Origin: Candidatus Norongarragalinales archaeon | GTDB taxonomy: Archaea > Micrarchaeota > Micrarchaeia > Norongarragalinales > Norongarragalinaceae | Assembly (NCBI GenBank): GCA_038884755.1 | Contig: JAWABJ010000001.1 | Span: 352,001-416,000, forward strand | Length of the DNA stretch: 64,000 nt | Direction: 5' to 3' | In this document: one piece after another, positions 8,676 to 17,987 of the stretch | Numbering within the stretch: position 1 is the stretch's first letter | Layout: each line of letters starts with the position of its first letter | Notes under the pieces: model-generated | The model's input: the letters and a program-made list of their open reading frames with translations, nothing else | The model's database searches: none | What the model was told of the DNA's origin: nothing | Made by a program: the position numbers and the translations under genes

Positions 8676-9902
8676 ATGCTTGAAATAGTCGCGTTGCTTG
8701 CACTGATCATAGTCTTGGGTTATTTTTCCGAGATTTTGTTCGACAAGACGAACGTTCCCGACATTTTCATTCTGCTGCTGTTAGGCTTGGCCCTCGGCCC
8801 TCTTGGAGTGTCACAATCGCTTCCTGGCCTTGCTACTTTAACCCCCGGTTTTCTTGCCCCGCTGGCTTCTCTCGTGGCGGTTTTGACTCTCGTAGTGATT
8901 CTTTTCGACGCGGGCTTGGACGTGAACTTGCAAGAACTGCTGAAAAGCGCGCCTTTCGCCTTTAAGGGAACTGTAATCAACTTTTTCTTCACGACCGCAA
9001 CTTGCTTTGCCGCATTGTTTCTGGCGGGTTGGGACTGGCTTCACGCGCTGATCGTCGCGGTGCTCATCGCCGACACTGCCGAGGAAGTCGTTTTTTCATT
9101 GCTGCAGAAAGTTAAAGTCCGCCCGTGGGTCAAGAGCCTGCTGATTTTTGAAGGCGCTTTCACCAGCACGCTCATAGGCATTTTCACGGTCTTGATCGTG
9201 AGCGTTTTCGTCCAAGCCGGAAGCAGCGGGCCGGTGACTCTAGACAACCTCGGATCTTCTTTCTTGGGAAGCATTTCGATAGCCTTGGTCTTGGGCGCAG
9301 GCGTTTCCTACCTTTGGGTTCAAATGCTTGTAACCAAGAGAATCTCTTCCCACCGATACTTGCTTTCGCTTGCAATGGCCATGATTTTGTACGTTGTGGT
9401 CGAAGCGTTTCACGCGCACGGTGTCATTGCAGTGTTGATTTTCGGCGTGGCGTTGGGATTGTCGAAGGAGAAGCTGGAGAAAAGCTTGTTTGAATTCCAC
9501 CGGGAAATCACTTTCCTCGTCCGCTCGTTTTTCTTCGTTTACTTGGGCTTCATAATCTCGTTCGACAACCTGTCCATATCCGCCATCACCGTTTCGCTTC
9601 TCGCAGTGGGCGCTATGCTTGCAGGAAGGTTAGTCGGATTGCAGTATATTGCGAAAGCCCAGTCTCCAACCAAACCGGAGTTTGTTTTGCTTGCAGGCGC
9701 GCTTCCGGCGGGACTGGCGACTGCGGTGTTCGCCACGGTCTTGCAACGTTACGGGGTAGTCATTCCTGGGCTGTCGGAATTCATTTTCCTGGTGATTTTT
9801 GAAAGCGTTTTGTTGAGCATGATTTGCACGTTCTATTACGCGCGCAACCAACCGTCGTTTGACGTGAAAAAGCCGGTCATCGTGAGCAAAACCCCGGGCT
9901 AG
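8676..9902 (+). CDS. Cation:proton antiporter (CPA1/NhaP-like)
   Basis: VPD..ILLLLGLALGP, ILFDAG, EITFLVRSFFFVYLG, ~13 TM segments. Confidence 0.85.
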   Translation: MLEIVALLALIIVLGYFSEILFDKTNVPDIFILLLLGLALGPLGVSQSLPGLATLTPGFLAPLASLVAVLTLVVILFDAGLDVNLQELLKSAPFAFKGTVINFFFTTATCFAALFLAGWDWLHALIVAVLIADTAEEVVFSLLQKVKVRPWVKSLLIFEGAFTSTLIGIFTVLIVSVFVQAGSSGPVTLDNLGSSFLGSISIALVLGAGVSYLWVQMLVTKRISSHRYLLSLAMAMILYVVVEAFHAHGVIAVLIFGVALGLSKEKLEKSLFEFHREITFLVRSFFFVYLGFIISFDNLSISAITVSLLAVGAMLAGRLVGLQYIAKAQSPTKPEFVLLAGALPAGLATAVFATVLQRYGVVIPGLSEFIFLVIFESVLLSMICTFYYARNQPSFDVKKPVIVSKTPG

Positions 9903-9916
9903 AAGAAAAAGTTAAG

Positions 9917-9989
9917 CGCCCTGGGCAGGACTTGAACCTGCGGCCTACTGATTAACAGTCAGTCGCTCTACCGGCTGAGCTACCAGGGC
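9917..9989 (-). tRNA. tRNA-Asn(GTT), no intron, CCA not encoded
   Basis: GCCCTGG acceptor stem, ACTGA-CT-GTT-AA-TCAGT anticodon arm, GGTTCAAGTCC T-arm. Confidence 0.96.
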
Positions 9990-10036
9990 ATAGAAGAAAA
10001 ATTTGCGTGGCGCGGTTTTTAAGAGTGTTTTTTTTG

Positions 10037-11173
10037 TCAAGGCAAGAAGTCTTTGTTCTTGATTTTCTCGGGCAAGTACGTGTTGGAAATGTACTGCAAG
10101 TTTTTGGACGATAAAGCTTGGATTTCCGCTTTAATGCGTTTTTCCAAGAACTTTTTTATTTCGCCCTGCCATTCTTTCGCCTTAAACCAGTCGTAATTCC
10201 TGATTTCTTCCGCGCGCTTTACGTCCACGTCCTTTGCCTTTATGGTCACGTTTTTCAAGTCGTAATGCTCGATGTCCGTAATCGTCATGCCGAGAAACTT
10301 CATTTCCGGGCAACCCAACCGGTCGCTTTCGTGCGCCAGCGCCATGCTTCCGTACTTCATCGTGCTGTAAATATACCAACCGTAAGGGTCCGCGTCCGTA
10401 AGGCAATACACCGGCAGTTTCAATTCAGTAGAAAGCCTTTGTAAAAGCCTGCGAGCTCCGCGTGCAGCTTGACCAGCAGTAGTCATCAACAGGCATTTCT
10501 GTTTTTTCCAATACCCGTCTTCGTTCAAACGGTCGAAAATCGCGTTTTTCTCCGCCACAAGCACGTATTCGATGTCGACTTTCTTGAATTCAATCTGCTC
10601 TACTATTGAAGGGACGGCCCAACCGCCAGAACCCATTCTGCTCAAATCGATAGTGTCCACCTTTCCCCTCACGCTATCCTCGATTACCAAATCCCCGGCC
10701 ATTCTTCCCTTGGGTTCGGCCCTCAAGTGCAAACGCTCTCTGAAAGACTCCATTGCCACTTCCAAGTCGACTATAGCCAAATCGCTTTCTTTTTGCTCGT
10801 CGATAGTGTCTTCCTTCGTGCCTTTGATCGTGTGTTTTTTTGCGTAGTACAAGTCTCGAAGTGTCGCCGTCAAGTCGTTCTCAAGCAAGTCTTTCTTCAC
10901 GTAGGAAGCGACGAGCATAGTCTGCATAAAACGGCGCGCGTGCGCGACGTTGAAGAAATAGCGTTTTGCTATTTTATCCCCGAGTATGATTTTCTTGGCT
11001 TTCTCGTCGAAAAACACGTTTGCAGACCCGCGAATGGGAATTTCGATGAACGGGTTTTCTTTCTTGTCGATTTCCTTGATGAGCTTTTCGCACAAGTCAA
11101 TAATGCGCTTGTTCATTTCCGCGGTTTTCTTTGCCTTTGATTCTTTCGTTTCAGCTTGCCTTGCAGTAGCCAT
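10037..11173 (-). CDS. top6A: DNA topoisomerase VI subunit A
   Basis: TLRDLYY catalytic Tyr, AEK toprim Glu, DADPYG. Confidence 0.96.
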   Translation of the reverse strand: MATARQAETKESKAKKTAEMNKRIIDLCEKLIKEIDKKENPFIEIPIRGSANVFFDEKAKKIILGDKIAKRYFFNVAHARRFMQTMLVASYVKKDLLENDLTATLRDLYYAKKHTIKGTKEDTIDEQKESDLAIVDLEVAMESFRERLHLRAEPKGRMAGDLVIEDSVRGKVDTIDLSRMGSGGWAVPSIVEQIEFKKVDIEYVLVAEKNAIFDRLNEDGYWKKQKCLLMTTAGQAARGARRLLQRLSTELKLPVYCLTDADPYGWYIYSTMKYGSMALAHESDRLGCPEMKFLGMTITDIEHYDLKNVTIKAKDVDVKRAEEIRNYDWFKAKEWQGEIKKFLEKRIKAEIQALSSKNLQYISNTYLPEKIKNKDFLP

Positions 11174-11186
11174 AGAGTATCACCCG

Positions 11187-13070
11187 TCAGCCTTCTTCCT
11201 GGATTTCTTTCTCCGCTGCTTCTTCCAAGTCTTCCAAATCGCCGTTTCCTTCTTCTGCAGCCTCGAGAATCGCTGTTTTTTCCTCGGCGATTTTCTTGAG
11301 CTTTTCCTCCAATTCGCTTTTGGGTTTGCCCGTGATTTCGTGGAGTGCTTGAGCCACTTCTGAAATGTATTTGAAGAAAATCTGTTTTCTCGCCTCGGCG
11401 TCTTCCGCCTTCTGCAGGCCGTGCAAATACACTGCAACTTGCCTTCCGCATTCCATCAAGGCAAAGCGGATTTCCGAGATTATTTCCTCTTCCGCGGAAA
11501 TAGCGAGTTTTCCAGCGCCAGTGTAAGGGACGTAAACGCTTACGAAGTTGATGAAAATCGAAACGGGAAGTTCCTCCCAATTCTTGAGTTCATAACGGTT
11601 CCATTCTATGCTTTTTGCGGCTTCCATGGTGGCGCAGCTGCCTGCGTCGAACAATAACGGAACGCGATTCGCAAAGCGCATTACTTCGCCTTTCACCGTC
11701 CCGTTTGAAGCTTGCTGTCCAGATTTCCCGCCGTATGCTATAGCCGCTTCGACCAAAAACGGGATTCCGCCTCTGAAAACGCGGGGTTTTCGTTCGCATA
11801 CGGCAAGCACTTCCGGCTGGAGCAGGTTTTTCAGGCTTTTTTCAATCTGCTTTTCGCCGATTGGGATGAGCGAGTCCATGTCTGGGTTGAAGAATTTCAC
11901 TTTCCTGAAAGCGTTGACGATCATTTCGGCTTCTTGCCACTGGAGTTTGGAAGGGTGTTTTTCGAAATCCACTCCCGGACATAACGCCTTGATTTCGTCG
12001 ACCTTGTCGCCCGAAATTTTTTCGAAATCGCCTTGCAGGAACGAAGAGACTTTTCGGGAGGTTGTGGCTTTAGCCATATCCACCACGTCGCTCGTGCTTA
12101 ATCCCAGCGGGTGGGGTTTGCTTTCCTTGGGCTTGGGCGGAATCTGTGTGCTGGAGCGCGGGAATACTGTGATTTGCTTGTCCGGGTCTATGAGCGTGAG
12201 CTGCGCGTGGGGGTTTGCGATAGCAGTACGCCGCAGGTATTCGAAAACTCCGTATTCGCTCTTGTCGAAAGCGACTTCAGCAAACTCAGCTTCCACTCGC
12301 AACCCTTTGAACTTTCCGCTTTTTTCTTCGGGGTTGGAAATGTGCGGCTCGTTCTTCTGCACGTCAATGCGCATGTCGCACTCGAAAACCTTGCCGTCTC
12401 CCATTCCCGTCTTCACATGCACGGACTTTCCGGTTGTTATTTGGGAGAAGAGCGTTGCGTAAGCCGCGCCTATTCCCTGCTGCCCACGCTTTTGCGCGCG
12501 AGTCATGAATTTTGTTCCTGCTAAAAGTTTTCCCAGCGCAGCGCCAACCTTGCTTTTGGGAATGCCGGTTCCGTTGTCTTCGACTATGACGCGCAAGTGT
12601 CCTGCCGCCCACTTGGCCGAAATCTTGGCGCTTTGGGACGGGGTTTCTGTCTTGAATTGAAGTACGCGGACGCTGGACTTGCCTTTCTTTTCGTACTTTA
12701 TCACGTAGTCGGCGCCTCTTTCTTTTGGAACGCCGTTGACCGTGATTTGAAGCGAAGCGGCGCGCGCGATTTCGTCGTCTATCTCGAAAGTTTGGGTCGA
12801 GCCGTCTCCCACGCCTATTTCGGTGTGCCTTTCCGCAGCGGCAAGAGAGTCGATTTGCACCATGATTTCGGGAAGAATTTTGGCTTCCTCGCAAGAGTCA
12901 AGGCTGTTGGTCACGTACTCATGCACGATGGTGGTTAACGAGCGGACTTCGCCCGCGTACCCGAGCATCTGCCGGTTTTTCTTGAAAAACTCGGCTACGC
13001 TGTACTCTTTGAATTGCGCTTCGATTTGCTTCGTGGTTTCGTCTGCCAATTGGATTATACCCCACTGCAT
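11187..13070 (-). CDS. top6B: DNA topoisomerase VI subunit B with ~80-aa insertion in the ATPase domain
   Basis: [50 protein letters not shown]. Confidence 0.96.
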   Translation of the reverse strand: MQWGIIQLADETTKQIEAQFKEYSVAEFFKKNRQMLGYAGEVRSLTTIVHEYVTNSLDSCEEAKILPEIMVQIDSLAAAERHTEIGVGDGSTQTFEIDDEIARAASLQITVNGVPKERGADYVIKYEKKGKSSVRVLQFKTETPSQSAKISAKWAAGHLRVIVEDNGTGIPKSKVGAALGKLLAGTKFMTRAQKRGQQGIGAAYATLFSQITTGKSVHVKTGMGDGKVFECDMRIDVQKNEPHISNPEEKSGKFKGLRVEAEFAEVAFDKSEYGVFEYLRRTAIANPHAQLTLIDPDKQITVFPRSSTQIPPKPKESKPHPLGLSTSDVVDMAKATTSRKVSSFLQGDFEKISGDKVDEIKALCPGVDFEKHPSKLQWQEAEMIVNAFRKVKFFNPDMDSLIPIGEKQIEKSLKNLLQPEVLAVCERKPRVFRGGIPFLVEAAIAYGGKSGQQASNGTVKGEVMRFANRVPLLFDAGSCATMEAAKSIEWNRYELKNWEELPVSIFINFVSVYVPYTGAGKLAISAEEEIISEIRFALMECGRQVAVYLHGLQKAEDAEARKQIFFKYISEVAQALHEITGKPKSELEEKLKKIAEEKTAILEAAEEGNGDLEDLEEAAEKEIQEEG

Positions 13071-13226
13071 TTTTTTTAGCGATTTTAGGCTAACCTTGAA
13101 AACTAAAAAAACGGCGGTTTCTTGCTCCCAAAAACTGGTTTTTACGAGGGAAAAATGCCCTTTAATAATTTACGAATCTGATGCTTAAATACCTTATTGC
13201 GGGTTTTTGCGGAAGGCCGGAAAAAC

Positions 13227-13730
13227 TCATTTTTCGGCCTTCTTCTTTTCCAAAAACGCGTAGACCGTGCCGTGGCTCTTGCCTTCAAGCAATTGCAGCA
13301 CGCCTTCCTTGGCGTCTTTCAAGTCTTCATACCTTCCTAGCAGGGCGACGTTGTCGCCGGCTATGCTGATCCAGCAGTCGGTCAATTCCTCAAGCGTGGC
13401 TTTTGCCTTTCCCTGCGTTCCTATTATTCTTCCTTTCATCTGCTCCACTCTGTTTTTCTTTCCCCACATTGCCGCCTTCAAGTCGATTACTTCCAGGAAA
13501 AACTCGTCGTTCAGCATTTTCAGCGCCTTTTTGTATTCGAAGCCTAACGCTAAAGCGGTCAAAACCTGTTCGGCAAACCACTCGCTCCCGCCTTCACCTT
13601 CGATTTCCAAATCGCCTTCCTCAATGCGCGAGATTTTTGCGCCGGTGCGCCTGGACAAGTCTTTGGTCAGCGTGTCTGCAAACGCCTTTTTTCTTTCCGT
13701 TGGAATCTTGAACAAACGCATTTTTTCCAC
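13227..13730 (-). CDS. KH-domain RNA-binding protein, Dim2/Pno1 family
   Basis: GF...A, KGRIIGTQGKAKATLEELT (GxxG), GKSHGTVYAFLE. Confidence 0.88.
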   Translation of the reverse strand: MEKMRLFKIPTERKKAFADTLTKDLSRRTGAKISRIEEGDLEIEGEGGSEWFAEQVLTALALGFEYKKALKMLNDEFFLEVIDLKAAMWGKKNRVEQMKGRIIGTQGKAKATLEELTDCWISIAGDNVALLGRYEDLKDAKEGVLQLLEGKSHGTVYAFLEKKKAEK

Positions 13731-13923
13731 TCAACTTTTTTCCTGAAAAAAACTTGGACTATTTAAACAACATTTGGTTGAATGGTTTTAAGAGAGTTGT
13801 GAAAAGCAGAAGGTGTTCAAGTTGGGTGATAATTTCGACGTTTTGGTGCTGAAGTATTTCGCAGCCACGTTTTTCGTCGTCCTGCTGTTTTTCTTGATAG
13901 AACAGACTGTTTTCAAAAGTTGA

Positions 13924-14535
13924 ATGACCAGAGATGGATTTTTGAATGGAAAAAAACTGGTTTTGGCTTGTTTTGCCGTGGTGGCGGGAATTGCCTTGCT
14001 GGGCTGCATCCAGCAGGATTTCCCGCCTTCCGCTCCTACGGTTACCGTAGGAGCAGGTTTTCCCGAAAGGGAAAAAAACCCACTGGTTTTGACCAGGCTT
14101 GAAGACGGCCAAGAGAATGATTTTTCCGTAAGAGTGATTTCTCCGACAAAGTTCGAGTTGACCGCAACTGTTTCGGCAGGCAGCCCTTGCTCCGAAACTA
14201 CCGCATACTGGAGTCCGGGCTTCGACAACCTCAAGGTTTACTTTGAGCACAAGCAACCGGAAGGAGCGAATTGCATTCAAGTGCTCGAGACGAGAACTTT
14301 CTCTACCGTGGTCGATTACTCGGCAGTGGTCGCGCTGAGACCTTTCAAGAAAGTCGAAGCGTATGATTTCAACGAGCTCGTAGGCGAGAAAAAGTTTGAA
14401 GGAATGTTCTGCGGAGGAATCGCGGCGTTCCAGTGCCCTTACGCGTTTTACTGCGTTTTGGACGGGAATTACCCCGACGCTGGAGGGGCGTGCGTTTTCA
14501 ACGCCAACGTTTACGACGGCCCTCGCCCGGCTTAA
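13924..14535 (+). CDS. Lipoprotein with C-terminal Cys-rich module
   Basis: LLGC lipobox; CIQVL; FCGGIAAFQCPYAFYCVLDGNYPDAGGAC. Confidence 0.7.
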   Translation: MTRDGFLNGKKLVLACFAVVAGIALLGCIQQDFPPSAPTVTVGAGFPEREKNPLVLTRLEDGQENDFSVRVISPTKFELTATVSAGSPCSETTAYWSPGFDNLKVYFEHKQPEGANCIQVLETRTFSTVVDYSAVVALRPFKKVEAYDFNELVGEKKFEGMFCGGIAAFQCPYAFYCVLDGNYPDAGGACVFNANVYDGPRPA

Positions 14536-14580
14536 AGGCGTGTTTTAAAAATCCGTGAGTGTTACTCTCCTTTGAGGGTG

Positions 14581-14679
14581 ATGGTTGTGAAGAAAACCGT
14601 TAAGAAGAAAGCGTCCGGTTCGGAAATGAAGAAATCCGGAAAGGCGAAAGATTGCAACTGCAACTGCGGCTGCTGTTAG
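14581..14679 (+). CDS. Putative 30-32-aa Lys-rich peptide ending CNCNCGCC (not in ORF track)
   Basis: MVVKKTVKKKASGSEMKKSGKAKDCNCNCGCC*; GAGGGTGA SD; TTTTAAAA upstream; GTG at 14587 may be the true start. Confidence 0.6.
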   Translation: MVVKKTVKKKASGSEMKKSGKAKDCNCNCGCC

Positions 14680-14868
14680 TTGCAGAATTTGCATGCGCGC
14701 TGGTTGTCACGGGGGGATAACTCTGTGTTCATTTGCAGAAAAAATACGGCGCGTACTATGCCCCCCTTGCTTGAATGCAAAATTCAGAGTTGCAAATGTT
14801 TAAATACGGATTTCGTTTAATGCGTTCAAGAAAAATAATTTTGGACAAACCTTAACGGGGTGAATGAC

Positions 14869-14895
14869 TTGGCAAAGAGACGCAGACGCAGATAA
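14869..14895 (+). CDS. Putative 8-aa micro-peptide MAKRRRRR
   Basis: TTTAAATA (14799), GGGGTGA SD (14857), TTG GCA AAG AGA CGC AGA CGC AGA TAA, then T7 tract. Confidence 0.35.
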   Translation: MAKRRRRR

Positions 14896-14896
14896 A

Positions 14897-14934
14897 TTTT
14901 TTTCATGGGGTTTTTTGAAACAGAAAAAACCCCA
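14897..14934. terminator. T-tract plus 11-bp hairpin TGGGGTTTTTT/AAAAAACCCCA between convergent units
   Basis: Inverted repeat 14906-14916 / 14924-14934. Confidence 0.55.
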
Positions 14935-14991
14935 CTCGACTTTTAATACCGACGAATCTGAATCCTTTTTTCTGCGCGTTTTTCTGCTTTG

Positions 14992-15447
14992 TCAGCCTCT
15001 TTTTTCGTACGGGAAAACAATCCAGCCGTCGTACTTCGCCGCAATGAAGTCGGGCTTGAATTTCGAAAAGCTTTTTTCCACTACAGCTGCAGTTTTCAAT
15101 TCCTTAATCTGCTTGTTTTTCCGCAAGCGCGAGGAAACCACGCGGAGGGTTTCGCCGGAATCCGCGACATCGTCGACAAGCAAAACCTTTCCCTTTACGG
15201 GCGTAAGGGTGGAGAAATGCAAGTTGAGGCGCAAGCGCTTTCTCTTACGCCCCGAATAGCTTTTTGCAGTGACGACTGCCAACGGAGTATTAAGGTATCC
15301 GCTCAACAGCCTTCCCACGACCAAACCGCCTCGTGAAATGCACACGACGAAATCAGGCTTGAACTTTGACTTTCGCACTTGCCTTTCAAGCTTCAAACTG
15401 AGGTTTTCGTAATCCCTCCAGCTCAACACCCAGTCTTTCCTCACCAT
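14992..15447 (-). CDS. Type I phosphoribosyltransferase (purine salvage, Hpt/Gpt-like)
   Basis: ISRGGL, VLLVDDVADSGETL PRPP loop, WIVFPYE. Confidence 0.9.
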   Translation of the reverse strand: MVRKDWVLSWRDYENLSLKLERQVRKSKFKPDFVVCISRGGLVVGRLLSGYLNTPLAVVTAKSYSGRKRKRLRLNLHFSTLTPVKGKVLLVDDVADSGETLRVVSSRLRKNKQIKELKTAAVVEKSFSKFKPDFIAAKYDGWIVFPYEKRG

Positions 15448-15480
15448 GGTCGTTCATCAGTGCGCGCGAAGAGATAAATA

Positions 15481-16434
15481 TTATTGCAGCGCTATTTCGC
15501 CTTGCGGGAACACTGGAGGCTTGCATACGCGCACGAAAAAGCATCTTTTGCACTTTCGTTCTTCATTCACTCGCGGGTATTTTTCTTCTTGGGCCTCGTT
15601 CTTTTCCGCGTCTTTCAACATTGACTTCATTCCCGAGATGCTGTTGCGCATGTAGTTTTCTATCCAATCTATTTTCGCCGAAAGCCCGGCGTGCTTGCGC
15701 GAGTAGTTTTGCATCAGGTTGACTTCGAAAACATCGATTTTATTCGGCTGCGAGTTCCAAACGCGGTTTGCGTAAAGCAAGTAACAAGCCAATTGCGCCG
15801 TGTAATCCACGTCTTCCTTTCGGCTGGTTTTCCAGTCGAAAATCGCTATCCTGTCCCCCGTTCTAATGGCTGCATCGAGCTTCACGAAAACTTTCGTGCC
15901 TTCGAAATTGAATGAGGTGGGCGTCTGCTCGTCTATCGTGAGCCAATCGTTCTTTTTCACGGTCTTGAGCCAAGCGTAAGTTTCGCTTTCGAAAAAATTG
16001 CGCAGGCATTTTTTCGCGGTTGCAATCAAGTCCAGCGCTTCGCTGACCCCGAAATCCAGGGAATACTCGTGCTCGAAAAAGCGGGCGTGCGCTTTCGGAT
16101 CCCTTCGGGCTAGGTTTTCCTTGGAATCGTTGTAGTCCCGCTTCATTTTCTGATCAAGCAGCTTTTCGGCTTCCATGAAAGAAAACGCTTTCCCGCGGCT
16201 GACGCTGTCAAGAACGTTTTTTACCGCCCAGTGCACGCTTGCGCCAGTCCAAATGTCCTTGTTGGAAAGTTTTTTTAGGAAATAAAGCTCTCTCGCTTTT
16301 TCGGGAGCGTCTTTCAGCCACCCGTTCCACATGCCATAGCGGTCGTAGTAATACTTGCGCTTGCATTCGGAGAAAGTCTTGTCTGCGGAAACAGACCACG
16401 AGAATTCGTTTGCGAAAGGTTTTGAGTCGAGCAT
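15481..16434 (-). CDS. PD-(D/E)XK nuclease, RecB/AddB/Cas4-like, probable Fe-S cluster
   Basis: WSVS...ECKRKYYY, G..VH, KLDA...IFDWKT, QLACY, CKRC.....C. Confidence 0.85.
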   Translation of the reverse strand: MLDSKPFANEFSWSVSADKTFSECKRKYYYDRYGMWNGWLKDAPEKARELYFLKKLSNKDIWTGASVHWAVKNVLDSVSRGKAFSFMEAEKLLDQKMKRDYNDSKENLARRDPKAHARFFEHEYSLDFGVSEALDLIATAKKCLRNFFESETYAWLKTVKKNDWLTIDEQTPTSFNFEGTKVFVKLDAAIRTGDRIAIFDWKTSRKEDVDYTAQLACYLLYANRVWNSQPNKIDVFEVNLMQNYSRKHAGLSAKIDWIENYMRNSISGMKSMLKDAEKNEAQEEKYPRVNEERKCKRCFFVRVCKPPVFPQGEIALQ

Positions 16435-16442
16435 TGCGAAAA

Positions 16443-17684
16443 CTACGGTTGCACTTGCATTTCGTGCTTTTGTTTTAAGACTTCAACTGCAGGCAAGGCT
16501 TTGCCTTGAAGCATTTCCAACAGTGCTCCGCCTGCGATCGAAATGTGCGAAATCTTCTTTTTGCTGACTCCGAACTTGTCTAGCGCGGTGAGCGTGTGCC
16601 CGCCGCCCATAAGCGTGAATGCCTTGGTTTTCTCCAACGCTTGAAAAACGATTTTAGTTCCCAGTTCGAACGGCGGCTCTTCAAATTTTCCGACAGGCCC
16701 CTTGACGTAAACCGTTTTCGCCTGTTTTACGTAGTCGGAATAGCGTTTTGCCGTCGCACTTCCTACGTCGAAAACCTGCTTGGTGATTTTCGGAAGCTGC
16801 TGTAAAGGGATTTCAACGCGGATTCCGTCGTCGTCCACGAACGCGAAGTCCGTAGGCGTTTCTATTTTCGCATCATAATTCTTCACGAGTTTTTCCACTT
16901 CTGGAAGCAATGCATCGAAACCTTTTTCCTTCAGCCAATCGCGCTTGGAGCCCAAGTCGTGCCCCTTTGCAATCATGCATAATTCTCCTATTACCCCGCT
17001 TGTAAGGATATGGTCGACGGTGTTGTTTTCCAAAGCGTATTTCATCAGCTTGAAAACGTCGTCTGGCTTCGCGCCGCCTAGGATGTACACGTTAGGCCGC
17101 TGGATGTTCTTGATGACTTTCGCGATTGAAGTGTATTCTCGTTCCATCACGCGGCCGGCGTAGGAAGGCAAGTGCTTTGGAAAACCCATCAAGCTCGATT
17201 GGGCGCGGTGGGCTGCGCTGAAAGCGTCGTTGACGAAAGCGTCGCACAATGGCGCGAGAGTTTTCACGAAAAGCGTTTTCTCGTAATTCTTGTCCAAGGT
17301 TTCTTCGGCGAGAAAGCGCGTGTTTTCGAGCATTATGATTTTGCCCGGAGCGAGTTTTTTGATTTCGCGTTGCGCGTTTTGCCCGATAATGTCGCTGACG
17401 TACTTTACTTTCTTGCGGATGTGCGTAGAAAGGATTTCGGCGTGTTGTTCGAGGGTTGTGAAGTCTTCGTCTCCCGCTCGGCCTTGGTGGGCGAGGATTA
17501 CTACTTTAGATTTTTTTTTCGCCAGCTCGCGTATTGTTTCGGCGTGCGCCGCAAACCGTTCGTTGTCCTCGATTTTTCCGGTTTGCGCGTTGATTGGGGA
17601 ATTAATGTCGATGCGCACCAAAACTGTTTTTCCTTCGCACTCCAGGTCGTCTAGGGTTTTGAATTCCTTTTGCGCTTGTTCCAT
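16443..17684 (-). CDS. pgk: Phosphoglycerate kinase (archaeal type)
   Basis: RIDINSP, LAHQGR, LENTRF, NDAFSAAHR, LGGAK, GGGH, SIAGGA. Confidence 0.96.
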   Translation of the reverse strand: MEQAQKEFKTLDDLECEGKTVLVRIDINSPINAQTGKIEDNERFAAHAETIRELAKKKSKVVILAHQGRAGDEDFTTLEQHAEILSTHIRKKVKYVSDIIGQNAQREIKKLAPGKIIMLENTRFLAEETLDKNYEKTLFVKTLAPLCDAFVNDAFSAAHRAQSSLMGFPKHLPSYAGRVMEREYTSIAKVIKNIQRPNVYILGGAKPDDVFKLMKYALENNTVDHILTSGVIGELCMIAKGHDLGSKRDWLKEKGFDALLPEVEKLVKNYDAKIETPTDFAFVDDDGIRVEIPLQQLPKITKQVFDVGSATAKRYSDYVKQAKTVYVKGPVGKFEEPPFELGTKIVFQALEKTKAFTLMGGGHTLTALDKFGVSKKKISHISIAGGALLEMLQGKALPAVEVLKQKHEMQVQP

Positions 17685-17708
17685 GTGCGGATCACTCCCC
17701 CGTAAATT

Positions 17709-17987
17709 CTAAAAACTTTCAATTCCCAACCGCTTTCTGCGTCTTTCAACAATCTGTTCAATTTCGTTCTTGAAGTTGATATTGAGCCACCATTTAACTT
17801 CTCTTCCAGTCGGTGCGCAAGCAAGTATTCTTTTTCTCCTTAAATTTTCTGCAGTTTTCTTAACTGTTTTATGCCCCAAATGCGACGGAAGGCAGCTTTT
17901 CATGAGCTTGGATTAAGACAAATGTCCTTTACCCCAACTGCCAGCAAGATAAAGAGTCCAGACTAATGTTTCTTCAACAATTTCCGC
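17709..17987 (-). pseudogene. Degraded small helix-turn-helix-like gene, in-frame TAA at 17913-17915, no start codon
   Basis: Frame continues upstream of the 64-aa ORF as AEIVEETLVWTLYLAGSWGKGHLS*SKLMKSCLP...; AT-richer than flanks. Confidence 0.45.

Noticed and set aside
12600..12842. Intein in Top6B
   Set aside because: No N-terminal C/S block and no HN-C/S/T end; too short.
14864..15259. 131-aa plus-strand ORF
   Set aside because: Overlaps the PRTase antisense, runs through a T-tract/hairpin, and its ATG abuts the SD with no spacing.
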